Shown here in pieces: positions 27,643 to 32,000 of a stretch of 32,000 nt of DNA; position 1 is the first letter of the stretch; every line of letters begins with the position of its first letter. The position numbers and the translations under genes are program-made. The stretch comes from Erysipelotrichaceae bacterium MTC7 (GTDB lineage Bacteria; Bacillota_I; Bacilli_A; Erysipelotrichales; Erysipelotrichaceae): contig LVZN01000045.1 in NCBI GenBank assembly GCA_001695645.1, forward strand, positions 60,001 to 92,000, given 5' to 3'. Below the pieces are notes generated by a model that saw only the letters and a program-made list of their open reading frames with translations, was not told where the DNA came from and made no database searches.

Positions 27643-29298
27643 ATGAATAATTTTGGTAATAAAGTCATCTATCAAATTTATCCGAAATCTTATAAAGATA
27701 GCAATGGAGATGGAATTGGAGACTTTCCAGGAATTATTGAAAAACTTCCATATTTGGCAAACTTAGGTATTGATTATATTTGGCTAAATGCATGTTTTGT
27801 ATCACCACAAAACGACAATGGTTACGACGTTGCAGATTACTATGAAATTGATCCAACCTATGGAACCATGGAAGATTTCGAACACCTGGTACATGATGCA
27901 AAAAAATATCACATTGAAATAATGTTGGACATGGTGTTTAACCATACGTCAACACAACATGAGTGGTTTCAAAAAGCTTTAGCGGGTGATGAAACCTATA
28001 AGAATTATTATATTTGGCGCAAAGGTAAACCAAGTGGAAAACCACCAACTAACTGGGTGAGTAAGTTTGGTGGTAACACTTGGGAATACGTAGAACGTTA
28101 TGATGAATACTATTTACATCTCTATGATGTAAGTCAGGCTGATTTAAATTGGGACAACCCAGACGTGCGAAATGAAATGGCAAAAATAGTTGATTTCTGG
28201 ATGCATAAAGGCGTTACTGGATTCCGCTTTGATGTGGTCAACCTTATCTCAAAACCAGAAACTTTGGAAGATGATTTTGAAGGAGATGGACGTCGCTTTT
28301 ATACCGATGGACCACACGTACATGAATACCTACGAGGACTCAACAACGCTTCTTTTGGCAAGATTGATTCGTTAACCGTAGGTGAAATGTCATCGACATC
28401 ACTTGAAAATTGTGTTAAATACGCAGGTGAAAATCGTCAAGAATTAAGTAGTGTATTCAATTTTCATCACTTAAAAGTGGATTACAAACATAAGGAAAAA
28501 TGGAGTCTAAAAGACTTTGATTTCCAAGAATTAAAAGATCTTTTCATCACTTGGCAAGAGGGAATGCAAGATTACGATGCATGGAACGCTTTGTTTTGGT
28601 GCAACCATGATCAACCACGTGTGGTTTCGCGTTTTGGAAATGACCGTAGTTATCCAAAAGAAAGTGCAAAAATGCTTGCTACAGCATTGCATATGATGCG
28701 TGGAATTCCATACATTTATCAAGGGGAAGAAATTGGTATGACAAATGCATACTTTACAGATATTAGTGAATATCGCGATGTTGAATCGTTAAACTACTAT
28801 GATATCTTAAAGAAATCTGGTAAAAAAGAATCAGAAGTAATGCACATTTTACAAGAACGTTCACGTGATAATGGACGTACACCTATGCAGTGGGATGCAA
28901 GTGCAAATGCTGGATTTAGTGAAGCGACACCATGGTTGCAAGTTATCAAAAATTACAAAGAAATCAATGTTGAAGCAGCCCTAGCCAATCTGGATTCTGT
29001 ATTTTACCATTACCAGAAATTGATAGCTTTACGAAAAGAATACAAAGTTATTCAACAAGGACGTTTTGTGCCACTGGCAAAAGAGCATCCAGAACTGTTT
29101 GTATACAAACGTATTTTTTAAAACGAAGAAGTACTTGTTATTAACAATTTCTATGGAAAAAGTGTAACGTATCATGTAAGTGATGCAAAAAACTATACGT
29201 TGTTGCTATCTAACTATGAAGCACAACCATGTCAAGAAATTATTAAGTTAAAACCATATGAATCACTTATTTATTATCGAAAAAATGCGCAGTCATAA
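27643..29298 (+). pseudogene. treC: GH13 alpha,alpha-phosphotrehalase-like hydrolase, interrupted by one in-frame TAA 57 codons before the natural end
   Basis: The 27643-29121 ORF (492 aa) carries the GH13 catalytic regions (DMVFNHTS, GFRFDVVNL, GEMS, NHDQPR). After TAA at 29119-29121 the same frame continues as NEEVLVINNFYGKSVTYHVSDAKNYTLLLSNYEAQPCQEIIKLKPYESLIYYRKNAQS* (stop at 29296-29298). That is the expected C-terminal beta-sandwich domain. Confidence 0.7.
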
Positions 29299-29316
29299 TT
29301 GACTACGCATTTTTTA
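29281..29316. terminator. Bidirectional terminator between the GH13 gene and the convergent DUF3783-like gene
   Basis: AATGCGCAGTCA-TAAT-TGACTACGCATT, flanked by an A-run and a T-run. Confidence 0.65.
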
Positions 29317-29869
29317 TTAAACTGGCATCACCAAAGTAAGGCAATAACTTAGCAATGGCACTTTCGATTTCTTCTGCACTGCTTTGCTTTTTTAAAACGT
29401 CATATGCTTCGACTACTGCTTGTTGAAAAGCAGGTCGAATCTCTTCTGGTACCGATTCAGGTTTTACTTTCATGGCAAGTTGAAGCAACATATTCAAACG
29501 GTTTCGTTTTAGAAAATAATGATGTTCTTCATTTAGTTCGACAAATAAATCGTTTGCTTTCCATTTTTGATTGTGTTCAGTAAGCATGGCTTTACGATCG
29601 ATGTTAAGTTCATGTTCTTGTAATATTTTGGCAACTTCAGAAATAATCGATGCATCAACAACCGAAAATACAATCACTTCATGCGCAAATGGTGCAAAGG
29701 TTTCTTCAGGACTTGCTTCATATCCATCAAGTTCAAATAAATAACCAATACGTTCATGTAGTTGGGAAGCATCCATTGTGCGTACAACGAAATCCTCTTT
29801 CAACAAATCGCTTATTTTAGCTTCTTTTTCATGATTGCCATTTGTATATAATAAAATTGTTCCTAACAT
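29303..29869 (-). CDS. Hypothetical protein, possibly DUF3783-like
   Basis: Start moved to ATG 29869 (MLGTILLYTNGN), preceded by AAGAGGAAC. The segment DRKAMLTEHNQKWKANDLFVELNEEH resembles my recollection of DUF3783 proteins. The assignment is tentative. Confidence 0.4.
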   Translation of the reverse strand: MLGTILLYTNGNHEKEAKISDLLKEDFVVRTMDASQLHERIGYLFELDGYEASPEETFAPFAHEVIVFSVVDASIISEVAKILQEHELNIDRKAMLTEHNQKWKANDLFVELNEEHHYFLKRNRLNMLLQLAMKVKPESVPEEIRPAFQQAVVEAYDVLKKQSSAEEIESAIAKLLPYFGDASLIKNA

Positions 29870-29940
29870 AACAGTTCCTCTTCTTTTCTTACATCTAAAT
29901 ATAGCATAAAACAAAGAAGGACAACTAGCAAATATAATCC

Positions 29941-29969
29941 TTTACAGGATGCATGAATGTTGATATACT
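29941..29969 (+). promoter_or_regulatory. Sigma-A-type promoter for the riboswitch-ATPase transcript
   Basis: TTTACA (29941-29946), a 17-nt spacer ending in TGA (extended -10), then TATACT (29964-29969). Confidence 0.5.
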
Positions 29970-29974
29970 ACAAA

Positions 29975-30068
29975 AGTAATAAGGGAGTAGTCGCACATAT
30001 CCGTGTGATTTAGTCAACATCACGAAACGTTAGTTTCTGGCTGAATTTTAAAGACAAGACTTATTGAA
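29975..30068 (+). promoter_or_regulatory. Candidate yybP-ykoY (Mn2+) riboswitch aptamer
   Basis: AAUAAG-GGAGUAG at 29978-29990 resembles the conserved GGGGAGUAG element. GUCAACAUCACGAAACGU resembles the UUGACAUA-hairpin element, and AGACAAGAC resembles the AAGAC element. The closing helix is AATAAG (29978-29983) with CTTATT (30060-30065). Confidence 0.55.
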
Positions 30069-30094
30069 AGATTGTTTTCAATGAGTCTTTTTTA
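30057..30094 (+). terminator. Expression-platform terminator of the riboswitch
   Basis: AGACTTATTGAAA (30057-30069) pairs with TTTCAATGAGTCT (30076-30088), followed by TTTTTTA. Its 5' arm includes the CTTATT strand of the aptamer closing helix, giving ON-switch logic. Confidence 0.6.
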
Positions 30095-30117
30095 TTACTA
30101 GACTCCAGGAGGATCGC

Positions 30118-32000
30118 ATGAAACAATATACAAATTACAATTTGAAAGATGTGTTTGAAGAGTTTTCGACAACACGAGAAGGGCTGAGTGAAAGTGAAGC
30201 ACAAAAGCGTTTAGAAAGAGATGGGAAAAACGAACTAGAAACGGAAGAGGCAGAAAGCGTCTTACGAATTTTTTTATCACAGTTTAAAGATTTACTAGTT
30301 ATCGTATTGATTGTTGCTAGTTTGATTTCCATTGCTGTTGGCGAACTAGAAAGTGCAATCGTTATCTTGATTGTTATTACCTTGAATTCGCTATTGGGAA
30401 CTGTACAAACTGTACGTGCACAAAAATCACTGGATTCTTTGAAAAAACTATCAACACCGTTTACTCGTGTTGTACGTGAAGGAATTGTAAAAGAAGTTCC
30501 ATCAAATGAACTTGTGGTTGGAGATATCGTGCTTGTGGAAGCAGGAGATGTCATCAGTGCCGATGGACGTGTCACTGATTCTTTTACGTTGCAAGTTAAT
30601 GAAAGTTCTTTGACAGGAGAAAGTGAAAGTGTTGAAAAACATCCAGATCAAATCCTAGAAGATGGTATTCAAATTGGGGATCAAAAGAATATGGTATTCT
30701 CGAGTAGTTTGGTTACCTATGGACGTGGAAAATACGTTGTTACAAGCACAGGAATGAAAACTGAAATTGGTCGTATTGCAGAAATGATGAATGCTACCAA
30801 AGAGAAACGAACACCATTGCAATTAAGCTTGGATGATTTCTCAAAAAAACTATCGTTTGTAATTATCGCAATTTGTGTCGTTGTCTTAGGTTTGAACATG
30901 TTACGTGGAGGAAATCTACTTGATTCATTTATGTTTGCCGTTGCCCTAGCGGTTGCAGCAATTCCAGAAGCACTTGCTTCCATTGTCACAATTGTCTTAT
31001 CGATTAGTACGCAAAAAATGGTGAAAGAACATGCCATTATGAAAAACATTAATGCTGTTGAAACACTGGGTTGTGTTTCTATTATTTGTTCGGATAAAAC
31101 TGGAACGTTAACACAAAACAAGATGAGTGCAGAAAGCATTTACTTAAATCGTCAATTGTATTTAAAAAGCGCAGCTGATAAAAATAACAAAGATGTGCGT
31201 TTATTAACAATGATTGGGGTCTTATGTAGTGATGCGACAATCAATGGGGAACAACGCATTGGTGATCCAACTGAACTTGCATTTGTAGATCTTGCTCGTT
31301 TCTTTGAAATGAATGAAAACGAACTTCGTGAAAAATTCTATCGTGTCAAAGAATTGCCATTTGATTCTGTGCGTAAATTGATGACAACAGTTTGTAACGT
31401 ATACGATAAACGCGTGATGTATGTTAAAGGTGCTCCTGATGAACTGCTACGTGTTTGTACAAAGTATTACTATGAAGGTAAAGAGTTGGAACTTACAGAT
31501 GAAGTGCGTGAAGAAATCTTACTTCAAAACGGTTTGTTTGCTGAACAAGGACAACGCGTTCTTGCTCTTGCATACAAAGAGTTTAACCAAGATGAATTAA
31601 GTTTAGATGATGAAAAAGAACTTGTCTTTACGGGTCTAATTTCAATGATTGATCCGCCAAGAGAAGAAAGTGCACAAGCGGTTGCCGATTGTTATACGGC
31701 TGGAATTAAGCCAATTATGATTACTGGTGACCATAAAGTTACAGCCACAGCGATTGCCAAACGAATTGGTATCTTCAAAGATGGAGACCTAGCACTTGAA
31801 GGTCGTGAACTTGCAGTGATGAATGATGATCAATTGCATGAAATTATTGAAAAAGTTAGTGTTTATGCACGTGTTGCTCCCGAACATAAAATCCGTATTG
31901 TAGATGCATGGCAAAGCCGTGGACATAACGTTGCAATGACTGGAGACGGTGTAAATGATGCTCCAGCATTAAAACAAGCTGATATTGGAATTGCCATGGG
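30118..32000 (+). CDS. P-type (PII-like) cation-transporting ATPase, Ca2+/Mn2+ class; 3' end beyond the window
   Basis: Hand translation from ATG 30118 (RBS AGGAGGA) gives [41 protein letters not shown] (Cation_ATPase_N). Further motifs: TGES, [9 protein letters not shown] (PEGL-equivalent), phosphorylation motif [11 protein letters not shown] (about 31084), MITGDH, and [21 protein letters not shown] at the window end. It is absent from the ORF track because it has no stop in the window. Confidence 0.9.
   Translation, partial: [627 protein letters not shown]

Noticed and set aside
26468-29121. TAA reassignment or an alternative genetic code as the explanation for the two in-frame stops
   Set aside because: TAA terminates many conserved genes here at the expected C-terminus (rnpA, jag, dnaN, treB). 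TGA also acts as a stop (gyrA ends EE-TGA), so neither code 4 nor TAA recoding fits.
30135-31139. Minus-strand ORFs 30135-30575 (146 aa) and 30717-31139 (140 aa)
   Set aside because: They are antisense to a clearly conserved P-type ATPase reading frame. Their composition is low-complexity (S/T/A-rich) and they lack RBS sequences.

Overview
This window is the chromosomal replication-origin neighbourhood of a visibly AT-rich, low-GC Gram-positive (Bacillota-type) genome using the standard bacterial code: TGA, TAA and TAG all terminate well-conserved genes here. One long minus-strand block carries core housekeeping genes: dnaA, dnaN, yaaA (S4), recF, gyrB, gyrA, T-box leader plus serS, small SRP RNA, tadA, dnaX, ybaB, recR, darA, nitroreductase, flavodoxin, DUF1934 protein, argS, rpoE, gpmI, and a PadR-plus-membrane-protein pair. 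The plus strand carries rpmH (missed by the ORF track), rnpA, yidC and jag. A bipartite oriC is readable: a DnaA-box cluster upstream of dnaA, and DnaA boxes plus a DnaA-trio-like tract and AT-rich stretch between dnaA and dnaN. After jag the usual mnmE/mnmG/rsmG/parAB continuation is absent. Instead there is a MalY/PatB-type C-S lyase, a GntR/HutC repressor (treR-like) with three copies of a CCTGTACGG-type operator, a PTS EIIBC gene and a GH13 phosphotrehalase-like gene, a DUF3783-like gene, and a candidate yybP-ykoY (Mn2+) riboswitch leading a P-type cation ATPase that runs off the window. The most unusual sequence-level observation is that both the PTS EIIBC gene and the GH13 hydrolase gene are each interrupted by a single in-frame TAA with the frame preserved. 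I see no CRISPR array, transposase, integrase, phage genes or recognisable defence/toxin system. Apart from the sugar and metal-transport loci this is ordinary core genome, and I cannot support a claim of a novel multi-gene system.
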